Source: Catajapyx aquilonaris (lineage: Eukaryota). From it: a stretch of DNA of 41,307 bases. A program made the position numbers and the translations under genes. The notes under the pieces are model-generated. The model was given only the letters and a program-made list of their open reading frames with translations, was not told the origin of the DNA and made no database searches. This document shows positions 24,369-35,542 of the stretch, one piece after another (position 1 is the stretch's first letter; each line of letters opens with the position of its first letter). Location of the stretch: the NCBI GenBank assembly GCA_000934665.2, contig JYFJ02003456.1:1-41307 (forward strand), given 5' to 3'.

Positions 24369-24498
24369 ACAGCAAGGAATGTTCGCCTTTGGTGGCGCCA
24401 AGCAAAATTCTGCAGGGTTCAACTTTACAAGCCCAGCAGCCAAATCAGGCTTTCCAAACGCAAACCCAGGAGTGTTTACATTCGGAGCCAGCAGTTGA
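18002..24498 (+). CDS. POM121: FG-repeat nucleoporin, POM121-like; 3 exons, about 1203 aa (1272 aa if the in-frame ATG at 17795 is used)
   Basis: join(18002..18240,20794..20988,21321..24498); both introns are phase 2, GT-AG. The last exon is 3.2 kb and Ser/Thr/Ala/Gln-rich with about 35 FG dipeptides (xSIFSFG, PTFGSQ types). N-terminal blocks LGLFPVVRLN, TVRLASP, DVIHALQ, KR-x-RKRTR and RNNEIFSSLSSS resemble, in the same order, vertebrate POM121 blocks recalled from memory (LGVLPTVCWN, TVRIAPP, ETVLSALK, NLS, RNAITSSYSS). The FG-nucleoporin call is firm; POM121 orthology is inferred. Confidence 0.8.
18401..18724. mobile_element. Tigger/pogo-like MITE
   Basis: TA|CAGTAGAACCC ... GGGTTCTACTG|TA with internal GATTATCCGA-type subterminal repeats. 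Confidence 0.85.
19126..19306. mobile_element. Young hairpin-type MITE with about 73-bp arms and a CAG target duplication (Harbinger-like)
   Basis: GACCTGTATACTGGACCCCGACGTCT...GCGTGACGTCAAAATGACGTA and its near-perfect reverse complement; flanked by CAG on both sides. Confidence 0.85.
19604..20282. mobile_element. Tc1/mariner (maT/rosa-type) internally deleted fold-back element
   Basis: TA|CAGGGTA ... TACCCTG|TA with long degenerate inverted arms. The plus strand retains the transposase C-terminus (PPISPYLTQIDFF similar to PPRSPDLTPLDFF; VTPDM; ATNGAHIE). Confidence 0.82.
24331..24375 (+). repeat. Coding (CAG/CAA)15 polyglutamine tract; nearby (GGT)n polyglycine at 24253-24273
   Basis: Read directly from the sequence; in frame in the nucleoporin. 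Confidence 0.95.
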
Positions 24499-25995
24499 AT
24501 TTTTTTTACAATGATTTTTCTCTTTTTTTGAGTCCTTTGACCTGTGAAATTTACCTTGGTCAGCTGTTTTATGTTTGATTCGATTTTTGTACCCATGTAA
24601 AAATAATCAATCATTGTTGACTAGTAAATCGATAACATGTTTTGAATCAAAATGGTGTGCTGATTTCCAACATCCATCAGCATGGAGAGGAAGATTTTGA
24701 AGTACTTTGTTTATGATGAAGCCTTGATTCAATTGAATTTTACAGTCAAATGAAATTAATTGGTCAGAATATATTCCATGTGACGTGAATTACATGTTGA
24801 CAGCTGCTACATTTTTCTGTAAGCTAGTGAAAATATACATCTTCCCATTTCTTTAGGTATGTGCTTGTTATGATGCATCTCCGGAACAAATTTTTGGATT
24901 TTTTTAAAAGTACTTTACTGGTATGCTTTATTTATATTAACTTCTTGAATAGTCATTTACATTTACAGGGAAACCCAGTTGCAAAACTGCTGGTTCCTAA
25001 CATTCCTACTAGGCAGTTCCACGATTAGTCAACAGTATAATTCCACATGAGAGGGAAAAAGGTGCTGCCATGGAGGTAGTTCTCAACACAATGCCTGAGT
25101 TTGTTCCCTTCACTAAAAAATATAGTTCAACTGCTTATATCAGATGTTTTTATTTTTCATAAAATACGTAATATACAGTACATTTTAATCTGTAGGGTGG
25201 ATGGAACAGTTGCAATTTTTATTTTTTGGAATGTCATGTCAGAAAATGTTTGAGACTGGTGAGACTTGATTGCACTTGGGAGGGCTCAATTTGTACGTAT
25301 ACATATTCTCAGGAATGTTGCAATACAGACGGCACATGCCTCTGCTCTCAAGCAACCTGTATTTTAATAATAATTATGAATGTCACGTTCAGGCACATTC
25401 TCCAAGATGTCTGATCCACAAACACTTAATTAAACTACCATGTTGTGTGGTACTGGTACTTCATTTACTTTATAGCGATTTTCTCTTTACAGTCGTAACT
25501 GATACATCACCCACTGTATAGCCAGGTATGATTGAACACTTCAAAAGATATAACCAAATTCCAGATGCAAACACTACAGTGGCTCTCACAAATTGATTCT
25601 TTTTTGGACATCCAATTTCTGGGCATCATATGTTACAATAACAGTCCCTCCAAAAATATTTTGACCCATCCCCACCTGAAAGTGATGACTGCAATATTAA
25701 TGGCCCATTCACATAGTCACTTACTTTTTTTTAAACAGTGGCTTCAGCTGCTCCACTTCCATCAGTCGCATAGCAGACACCAGCGTCTTTTTGATTTCTT
25801 GACTGAAAATCCTTGGAGCTAACATTTACTGCCAGTTTTTGAAAATCAATGATGGCTGCAGCAAATCACAACCCAGCTGACATTCAAATTCTTAGGAGAA
25901 TTGCCTAGTCACATCGGCAGGCAGTGGCCACTCCAGCCAGTGTTGAGACCCATGGTTGAGACTATTCGCCAATAGACACTCCTGTTGCCAGATAT

Positions 25996-26057
25996 TTAAT
26001 TTTTCAATTTAATTTCAATTTATTAATACCCTGTTGGGCTGTCTGCCCTTTCAGGGG
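25996..26057 (-). mobile_element. 62-bp 5'-truncated retroposon tail insertion
   Basis: Flanked by a perfect 14-bp direct repeat CTGTTGCCAGATAT (25982-25995 and 26058-26071); contains the stem-loop CCCTG-AAA-GGGC-AGACA-GCCC-AA-CAGGG and an A-rich tail. Confidence 0.8.
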
Positions 26058-26723
26058 CTGTTGCCAGATATGATTCTCCAAGAACTACAGAGTCCAATAT
26101 TGGTTCCTGATTGCATATTGAGGTAACTTCCTCCATGAGAATAGGCCATAAAAACACCTTTTTTAAAAGTCATGGCCAAGCATGGCTGCCAAGGGATGTT
26201 GCAAGGTGTTTTAAAATTAATTAGGAAATAACTTCTGAGTGCATAATGTTTTATTTTAAAAAATCAAACACCTCTTATAATCTCCCCTTGGATGGTCAGC
26301 TGAGGCCAGATTTACTTTTTTCATGCATACCTATTAAAGAAAATCAAAGAATATGTACTCTAAGGATAGGAATCCTTTATTGCTCTAACAAAAAGCACAC
26401 ACAAAGTTCTACATACTACTAAGCTTACTTTTTAAAAAAGGAAGACAAAAAGCTACCTTTGTTTACAATGAAACATACACCTTCACAACCCCCTGCACAT
26501 TTTATTTCAATATGCAGTAAAAAAAACTTTGTACTAATGTTAAAAGCTTACTCATTGCTTCTAACTTTCTCTACACACACAAAAAGAATCATGCTACAAA
26601 AGCATATCATATGCTTTTAAAACTAGGCACTTCTCAAGTACACTACACTAAAAGACACAAAAAAGATACAAAGATACAAAAAACCCTTGAAGGGATATAA
26701 AACAGTATAAAAACAATAAAATG

Positions 26724-29620
26724 TCACACCACTGCTCCATCTCTCAAGATGCATATCCCGTCCTGGCAAGCCTGGCACGCATCAGGCTTGTGCGGCTTCA
26801 TGGGCTTCCCTGGGCGACGCTGTTTGAGAACTGGCTGCCTCTCCTTTCCGTAGAACCTTTGAGCAACCTTATTCGAGAGGTTCTGTACGACCTGGAAAAT
26901 AGATTGATTAGTCAAAAATGTAATTTGCAACATGTTGGGACTTCATCGCCAACATCAAATACATCAATCATAAAATAAGGTTACACACCTCACGTGAATG
27001 AGTGATTAAAAGGTGCAAAATAGAGCTAACAAAAACCAATTCTCACATGAAAGGCATAGCATCACTGCAAGGGGGTAACCAGTAACCACTCCCCCAAAAA
27101 GTGTACACCAGTTCCTGGAACTAGGTCGTTCCACCCGGTTCCAAGCCGGTTCCACAGGGACCATGCACACAGGTTCCACGAAGTGGTTACCCCCTCGCAT
27201 CACTGCAATGTTGACGTGCAAGTTCAGTAACATCTTGGTGACATGCAGAAAGTTGAAGAATTGAAACCGTCCACAGAGGCTATGCCTATAACCCAAAAGC
27301 CATGTAGCAACACACATGGGATGCTTTATACAGGCTGATTGGAAAACATGACACGAGCAGGACACCATTTTGTAAGTGCCGTGCCACTTCCTCCTAATCA
27401 TCCATAAAATGGGATAAATGCAACCAAAAAATATTTATATGACTGAAACAGGAGAGGAAAAGTGCCAAAAATTTCCATATCACGACAAATGACCTTTCAA
27501 GTCATATGTTTTCACTAAAATGCCAAAGATTGTTTTAATTTACAATGGTGTATTCCTTCTGTGGTTAACATTCTCATAATAATCAAGTTTTCCCAACCAT
27601 TCAGTTCCACACTAGTTCAACTTTCAACACCTGGCACAACTATTAGCTTTTATCCATACCCATAAAAAACACTTCTTCTGCCAACATCTATCATGCCAAG
27701 CTACCATAAAAACCAATATGTTCTCAAAGATTTGACAATAATTACTGAATGCATGTCACACTTATGAACAAACTGTAACAAGACTATTTAAAGCCACTTG
27801 TACATCAACAGTACTTCCTTTTCAGGCTATTTATGAGTAGCTGTGATGAAGTTCAACCTTGTCTTCTGGAACAAAGGGAGAGATGATTGTGGCTCATTAA
27901 CGCAATCTTCTACCTACTGCAGAAAATATCGTCACCCAAAGTACAGTAGTTACAAAGCCAATTGTACGATATCCCCAGAACCAGGAGAACTGCTGTAGCC
28001 AGTCAAACACCCCCCCATGGTAACATACACTCATTTTGAAAACTGCTGTTGCTTTCCCCAACAACGAATTGGCAAGTGTGAATTGAAAAGACATATTCAT
28101 TGTAACAAAACCTACCTTGTGGACCTCCTCAGGATACCACATGGGTGTCTGGAACTCAGGCTTGTTGCAAGACAGGCATTTCTGCCCGTAGAGCTTGAAT
28201 CTAATGGTTCCCACGTTGCGCCTGAGCTCTATCCAGAAATTGGCACGCCCTTTCATGGATGTCCAGCCATGGCCACAATGCTCACAGAGAAACCTCACTT
28301 TGGCTGCATCCGTAAACTGCAGCCCATACCCGTGATCATACACTGGCACGAGGCTCCAAGTCCCATCGAATGCAGCAAAGAACGACTGGAAGCACAGGGT
28401 CCAGACGTCCTCCAGGCCACTACACAAACAAGAAATATGTGTGTTTTTAAAAAATCTTACCAACTAATCTGCATCAAGTACCAGCAAAATATATATATAT
28501 ATATATATATTTAAATCGATACAGTTCCTCTCTTCACTTCCAGTCTACACTTTGTGACTCGTCTTTCCCACTACTGTCACGCATTTTCACTGCTAGTTTG
28601 TCGACTTGCCGAACTTGACCAAAAATCATCTTCGAATAGAACTTCCGACTGTCTGTTGCACAATCGGCAGTTTCCCCCAACAATTGAGTTGGCGCAACTT
28701 GCCCTTGGTCGGGTGAGAAAATGAGGTCTGTCATACGGTCAAGGGGTAAATCACACTCGTCAAGTCGGTTGTACGGTATAAGGAGCCGCCAACTCCCACC
28801 AAGTCCGTTGTACGCTCAACTGACCAGTGATTTACCCCAAGGTTGCATATTCAATTTCGGTAATTTTCACTCATTTCCGTAAGTCATCATCAGCAACAAC
28901 GTAACGCATCACGAATCATAGAATTACGGCAAGAGCGAATGTAACATGCGAGAATATGCCTACATGGTATGACACACGCAAAATTAACTCAATTCAAAGC
29001 ACCGAACACGATCCAGCCACAACGCCACTCACATTTTGTCAACATTCACCTACTATTACGTGCTGTTACTCACCCAGCATCGAAACATTGCGATTACTCC
29101 AAGCAGACTATGGGCAAAGTCAAGGTCTACACTGTCTACACCTAGATTATTATAGGCGACTCCTCTCACTGGTCACTATGCCTGTGCGGGGATCTCCCTA
29201 GATTCCTAGAACATTCGAAATAGAACACCGCGACTGACCCGCTGGCTCCCGGATTTAATGTCACGGATTTTCCTGCACTGCTATCGGTGCCCCGGAACAC
29301 TAGTTTTATAGCACCCTTTTCATCCTACCAGATAAGTACCACGTGCTTTATCGCGATGTAGTAACCACGCGTCAATTCATTCACAGCCTGGCAGGTGTCA
29401 CCTACCCGAATTGGTCACCAGGCTCGATGGACGGAGGGCAGTAGTAGCGTTCTGGTACCGCCGGTTGCGGTACAGACTGGTCGTACGTCGGTGGATCGAC
29501 GTACATGTAGTTGGCATACCAGTTGCAGGGCACAGTGGTCCAAATCGGTGTGTTCTCGTACTGCCCTACTACGGGCACGTATCGCACCACCGGCACGTAC
29601 GAGTAAGGAACCCCCGCCAT
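26724..29620 (-). CDS. zf-3CxxC zinc-finger protein (receptor-transporting protein / RTP-like), about 228 aa short form
   Basis: complement(join(26724..26891,28116..28419,29406..29620)) = 687 nt, phases 2 then 0, GT-AG. Motifs: W...F (DVWTLCFQSFF), RFLCEHCGHGWTS, FKLYGQKCLSC, PMWYPEEV and PHKPDACQACQDGIC, i.e. three CxxC pairs plus His as in the RTP/zf-3CxxC family. The two core exons are certain; the 5' exon is less so. Confidence 0.85.
27068..27197. mobile_element. 130-bp hAT MITE
   Basis: TIRs CAAGGGGGTAACCA / TGGTTACCCCCTCG; perfect 8-bp TSD CATCACTG at 27060-27067 and 27198-27205. Confidence 0.85.
28743..28838. mobile_element. Small MITE
   Basis: TIRs GGGGTAAATCAC / GTGATTTACCCC; TSD unclear. 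Confidence 0.6.
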
Positions 29621-31614
29621 ACCCCTTGCGACTCCGAACTGTGAATGAATCCAGGTCCGTATTCGCACTGTATTTCCCCCTATCCGCCCACGCCGTCTTG
29701 TGACGTCGATGATCCCGGGTGGAAGGAGGCGGGTCTGTCTTGTGATAAGCATTGCCGGAAAGGACCCACATGCAACCCCCGCATCTGCTTTAAAAAATGC
29801 GCATGTGTTGTTCGCATACCGGCCGATGAATAGGAACGTCTTTGTGGAAGTGCTCAACATATCGAGATTGACATTTTCATCCGTGGGAAAAGGAACTGTC
29901 TCACGGTGCGGCTTCTCTGAATTTGTCAGCTTGTTCTTGTTGCAGATTATGTACCAACACAATGGGACAAGTCGCTAATCCCTTCTGATCAATGACTGTT
30001 ATTAGTTGTGGCGCCGAACATTGATAGTGCTTTGACAGTACTTTATGCATATGATAAAGTATATAGCAGGTGAATGGATTGCGCTTTCAAGATCTTAATC
30101 AGCGTAAACGGGGTAGCCTATAACCCGTAGATTACTATGTCAACACTGGCTTGCGACACTACAAGTGAACTTTAAGACATTATCTCCTGTGCGCCCAGTA
30201 ATTACATTCGGCACTTTACATTTTCGGGGACAAGTACCAGCCTCTATGAAACTGCATGAAACTATTTAAACGGGTAGTCAAATGTACTACCGGTCTTATG
30301 GAACCTCCCTGCGATATCATGACACATGCGAACCCCTGCTAATGTCAGCCCAACGAGCCATATTTTAATCTGGTTATTGGGGTTGTTTGCTGCCTGCTTC
30401 TGACGCCTGAGTGCCTTATCTTAATTGTCACGTCCCTGGAATTAGCCCTCCCCAAAATGTGGGTTCTCATTTATGTCACCCCCTGATACGCCCAATGTAC
30501 ACAACTCAACCAGTCACTGATTTCCTGGTGCTGCATGCAACCCGATACATGCTGGGGGCTTCCATCCATCAGCCTTCAACCGAAACATTGGGAGGTCAAC
30601 ACTACCCCATTGCCTCCTCATAACTCACCTAACCACCCACAAGGTTATCGTGACCACTGACACAGGTTAATTTAACAATCCTCCCACTTATCATATTTTT
30701 CGGGTCATCAGTGGGGTCAGCACGGATTGAAATCCAGCTCGGATTGTAAGCCCTTCGTGTGAAGGTCATTGCACAAAGCTCGAAGTTACGGGCATCCATA
30801 ATAATAAACATCGGGTGAGTCAACAACTTCCTCCTTTTAAACAACGGCAGGAATTTTAAAATCGTACCTGCCGAGAGAGGCGTGACTTTTCCATCTAGGA
30901 AAGGTGGTTTGCACAGGTGAGTAGGCGGTGGTGGAACAGTGAGAAGCAGCTGAATGGGGGTAGGAGGTGCTTAGGGTGAACCCTCCTGCCGGGGTCTACC
31001 CCCAGCCCTCCCAATTATGTCACCATTTTGTAGGGGCCGCGCATGCATATGATTTGAATTGCTCAATCTCGCAGGACACTTCCCCCTGCCTATTTCTACG
31101 CGGCAGGGGATCCCACAAATTCCTAACCGTGGCCTTGGTGCTTTCTTTTTTTACTATAGAGCCATGAATCACATAAATGGCTTTGAAATCAGTGAACTGC
31201 TGGCGGGGAGCAAGTAATATAATTTTACTGCACCCTCACCTTATGTGAGGGTCAATATCAATGTCACAATGTTGCGGGTCTCCATGTCCACAGATTGCCA
31301 GAATTGACACTACATGTCATTATGTTGGCAGAGAAACTCACAGGCCCATGATTTTAATTCAAGCAGGGAAACAAGAAATTAAATTGTTGGGCAACCAGAA
31401 GGATCTAAAAGAGCTCAAGAGTTCATATCCACCAAAAAAGGCTTCTATAATTAGACAAATGGCACCGATAGTTGCGATGACTCATCGGTGCAAGGGCCGC
31501 GGACACCACCGAAAATTACAATTAGTGGTCTCAGCATCCTGAAGTCCCCATCACAAATTTGGTTCATGTCATTCGAATCCAAATTGTTCAGGGATTCATG
31601 AAACATGCAACATA

Positions 31615-31699
31615 TGCGGGAGTCACCCATGTATGCACGTAATATTGGTGATCTGGCAAAAATCACCAATATCACTTGCATACATGAGTGACTCCCGCA
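31615..31699. repeat. 85-nt hairpin with 38-bp arms and a 9-nt loop
   Basis: TGCGGGAGTCACCCATGTATGCACGTAATATTGGTGAT versus its reverse complement at 31662-31699; three differences. Confidence 0.92.
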
Positions 31700-31900
31700 G
31701 CACCTCAATTTGCCTGACCCAATGCATACATCTCGCAAAAAATGGAAGGAAGCTGGTCACGCGCATTTGTTTGTTCCCCGCAGGAATATGACCAAAATTT
31801 CATTGTCTGTAGGCATTGATCATTTGATGCTATACAATGCACTGTACTAAATTAATATCAAACACGCACCTGCAATCATATAGTACGTAGTTATACTGTA

Positions 31901-32396
31901 CCTTACTCAAATCCCTTGGTTTACGCGCACCCCTCACTTCACGAGTTTGTGCGGCGTAACTCGTACGAAGCGTATGGGTCAGTGATAACCTCCGTGTAAA
32001 AACGTGCGTTAAAATGTGAGAGAAACGCATGTGCGAAATTTCGACGATCTTCTCCCTTAGTGCAACAGGCAACCCTCTTCTCGCCATGTTTCTTCGCTAT
32101 GATGAGTCATGGGCAGCGGTTGCCAAGATGGGCTCAAAACGTCAGAATCATTGGAGTAGTTTGCTTGCAAAGACACATGGACACAGAGCTCATTTCATGT
32201 GACAGGGGGGTGCGCGTAATTTTACTTCCCTTGTGTATTGGGTGACCCATCATATGCACGTATCGTGACCCTTGTATACGAACCGAATCAAATCATTGGC
32301 ACGAGTTTCATTTCTCACATTTTAACGCATGTTTTTACGCGGAGGTTATCACTCGCGAACTGAGGGTGGGCGTAAACCAATGGGATTTGGGTAAGG
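31901..32396. mobile_element. MITE with TA target duplication and long inverted arms
   Basis: TA|CCTTACTCAAATCCC ... GGGATTTGGGTAAGG|TA; internal inverted block AGTGATAACCTCCG..TAAAAAC..GCGTTAAAATGTGAGA. Confidence 0.8.
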
Positions 32397-33184
32397 TATA
32401 TTGGAACAGGCCTTGCCAATTCCATGCACATGCCAGTAAGTTCGATATTTTTCTCGGAATCAAAAATTGTTCACCCTCCCAAATCTTTCAGGTCACGTGT
32501 CAGCTATGCTGTGACATTTTTTGAACAATGAACAACTTGTGCTGTACACAAGCTTACAATAGTGGAAATTCTTTTGCACTTACAGCATCAATGCACAAAA
32601 ACCCAACCTAATTTTTTGTATTTTCTTAGCTAGTTTTAGTACCATGAGTGCATGTGTCAGTGATCATGCTTGTGCCAATCCTAACTCCTCAAGTAGGCCT
32701 ATCATTAGTAGAATGCCACAAAAAATTTTATGACCTTTTTTTTCATACACACTGCTCGAAATAACATGCATTTAACTAGTATTGAATACACAGTACATAA
32801 CCCAGCCAAACAGCCTTAGTTACTTCAGTATCTTCCCGGCACCAAAACAATCACTATGCAAAATACCAGTGAGTTGTCCATCAAAAGTTGAGCTATGAAC
32901 TAGCGATTGGACAATCAGGTGAATCTCCTGCATTTAGAGGTTGAATCCCTCATGAAAAACATGAATTTTGACTTAATCATGTGATACTGGCAAATTGTGG
33001 AGAGCCCAGCCAGTGCTGATCAATAGAACATGAGCAGTTTGAAAGGACATTGCCTGAGTCATCTACAGCTCTTTAAATGACTTTATCCCCAGACTGATCT
33101 GGTGGCCACTAAACCATGCTACAGTAGGTTAAATTGATGGCAACCATCCCAATGGTAATGCAACATGCATATTAAAGTACTTAC

Positions 33185-33501
33185 CATCCTATCTCGTTGT
33201 TATTTGCGTCGGCTGTAGTAGGCTTAAAGATTCTGACGTATTCCAAATTTGGTCGATCAGCTTCTAAGCTTGGTGGCAAGGTGTTCACCATGGGTGGTTG
33301 CGGCATCATGGGTGGTTCTAGCGTCATGGGTAGCTGCATCACTGGCATTGCAACTGGTGGAGGAGACAGTGGGTAGGCCCATTCCCATTCATTATGTGCT
33401 GGGGGCGCCCACAGGGGAACAGGGGTACCCACAGGTGACCGTGGAGGTGGAGGTGGAGAAGCTAGATACGCTGGATAGGCCACCAGGAGATCGTTGTGAT
33501 G
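33185..33501 (-). CDS. Candidate alternative proline-rich coding exon of the zf-3CxxC gene
   Basis: Open frame (HHNDLLVAYPAYLASPPPPPRSP...NNNEIG) bounded by a tttcag acceptor (phase 0) and a TG|gtaagt donor (phase 2). The donor phase matches the acceptor at 28419. Confidence 0.6.
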
Positions 33502-33829
33502 CTGAAATAGTGGTGAAAACACACCAGCCATTACTAATTGACCATTGACCATCAAACATTACACTCATTATAGAATATTACGCTGTAATTGACACACAAT
33601 GGTTAACAAGGAAAAATACAACTTAACTCGAACCTAACTTTAAAACACTGATTAGTGATTATACTGATTAATGACAACAGGTGTCTTCTATTTCTGCATT
33701 GAGGGGGGGAAAGCTGTAAAAGATGGCTGGTTGGTTGGGTGGACCAGATGGGTGCTGAAGACACTGATATTTCACGTCACATCCCTCATTCACTCATTTC
33801 ATCTTTCACAGTCACCTTAGTACGTACAT

Positions 33830-34610
33830 TGGACATACATGGATCGCTTAATCAAAGCTGTCCAAAGTGACCTTCCACCGCGCCAAGCGGCTGGACGGGT
33901 ACTTTCCGGTGTGAGGAAACTTTAGTCCCATGTGATCTGTCCAGATCACGACATGCGAGTACTCCAAGTACTACGCATGTTTCTTCAGGGCGAAAATAAT
34001 CGCCAAGCGCTCTCCATCTGTGGTCGAATAATTATTGAACTCACATGGTCCGGACAACAACCGACTTGCGTACGACAGCGGGACCATTCGACCCTGCTGG
34101 TCATCCTCCTGCATCAGGACAACCCGACCTCCGATTGACTGGCGTCACGCGTCACAAAAGAGGGCAAATGGTTTATCTAACTGCGGCACGGCCAATTCGG
34201 TACAGTACATCATCAGGGCATTCCTAATGTCCTCAAACTCACTACTATGCACGTCTGCCCATTCAAAGACTGCATCCTGCTTCAGTAACTTGTACAAGTT
34301 GCGTGCGCGACATGTCAAGTGGTCAACAATGTGATCCCGGAAATAATTGACATACCCTAAGAACCGCATAAGCGACTTCTTGTCCGTAGGAACTCTGTAA
34401 TTCACCAACGGCTCCGTCTTGGCAGGGTCTGGCTTCACAAAACCATTGTCAATCACAAATCCGAGACGCTTGATTGTTGCAGTGCACAGCTGCGACTTTT
34501 GCCCATGCAAATGCATTCCAGCCCTTGCTAGGGTGGACAACACTTCATTCACGTGCCGCAAATGCGTCTCAAAGTCTGGGCTGTAAACCACCAAGTCATC
34601 TGCATGCCCA
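33830..34610 (-). mobile_element. Decayed Ty3/gypsy LTR retrotransposon pol fragment (RT C-terminal half plus RNase H)
   Basis: ADDLVVYS..FETHLRHVNEVL, LGFVI, KPDPAK, RFLGYVNYFR, FEW, KPFALFCDA, then past stop codons PLSYASRLL, NYSTTDGERLAIIFALKK, WTDH and SRLARW. Confidence 0.92.
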
Positions 34611-35325
34611 ACCAACCCAAATTAAATTTAGTTTCAGTCACCTAACCCGTCATACATCGCAACATTAATCCCATGGGGCAGCCCTAAACTTTCCCCATTC
34701 ACAAGCCTTCCTCCCCTTAAATCAGAATGGACAGGCCCAATACAAATTTCTATGAAACATTATTGGCACTATCATGCATTCAAAGTGCATCAGCAATATC
34801 CCAGCAAAATATTGTACGTATGCCTCATGAAATCAATACATTGCATAGACGCATCCCTGAAGAAATTCTTATACTGATCCCATACATTCAACTTGAGCAA
34901 GGTTATTTTTTTGCACCAATCAAGTTCAGTCCAAAATGCAAATAATCCTCATTTACCTGGCTTGGTCATGAACTGAATACATGAGCCTGTGTAATTCTAG
35001 GCTACAGTTAATTCATCAAGAGAATAGTACTGATGTCACAGACCTTGAAGTGTTCTTTGTCTGTTTCATTGGTGGCCTTTTGTTTCCCTGCATTGTCAGA
35101 TTAACCCACTGGTTGCATGAACTGTACCAGAACTCCAGAAGCACGTTAAAAAAAACTGTTCTGCAAAACCATGATGCAATACGAGTGGCAAAAGCAACTT
35201 CGGTAGCTGCATAACTCTTCACTGTTGATATTTGGGGTCATTTTTTGATAATGAAATATTTTTGGTGTACGGTAATTAGACAGCACAGAGAAAACTGAAC
35301 CTCCTCCACTTTTGATCAACATGTA

Positions 35326-35542
35326 CCCCCGCGAGCATAAAGATGGCGACGGCAGGCCCTTTTTTGACCTTTCTTTATCCGACTAAAATTAATGAACTAA
35401 GTTATATTTTGAACCGAGTTAGTTGCTTCAGGCGTGTGTTCGTATATTTATGACAGTATATTTGATACCGTAATTGCTGAGATTGACAGAGCAGCCTGCC
35501 GAAGGTGAGGGCCGGCCGTCTCCATCTTTATGCTCGCGGGTG
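35326..35542. mobile_element. Tc1-like MITE
   Basis: TA|CCCCCGCGAGCATAAAGATGGCGACGGC ... GCCGTCTCCATCTTTATGCTCGCGGGTG|TA. Confidence 0.85.

Noticed and set aside
21585..24614. Long antisense and alternative-frame ORFs over the nucleoporin exon (253, 160 and 153 aa, including poly-Cys and poly-Leu)
   Set aside because: These are shadows of a low-complexity coding sequence and its CAG repeat, with no independent evidence.
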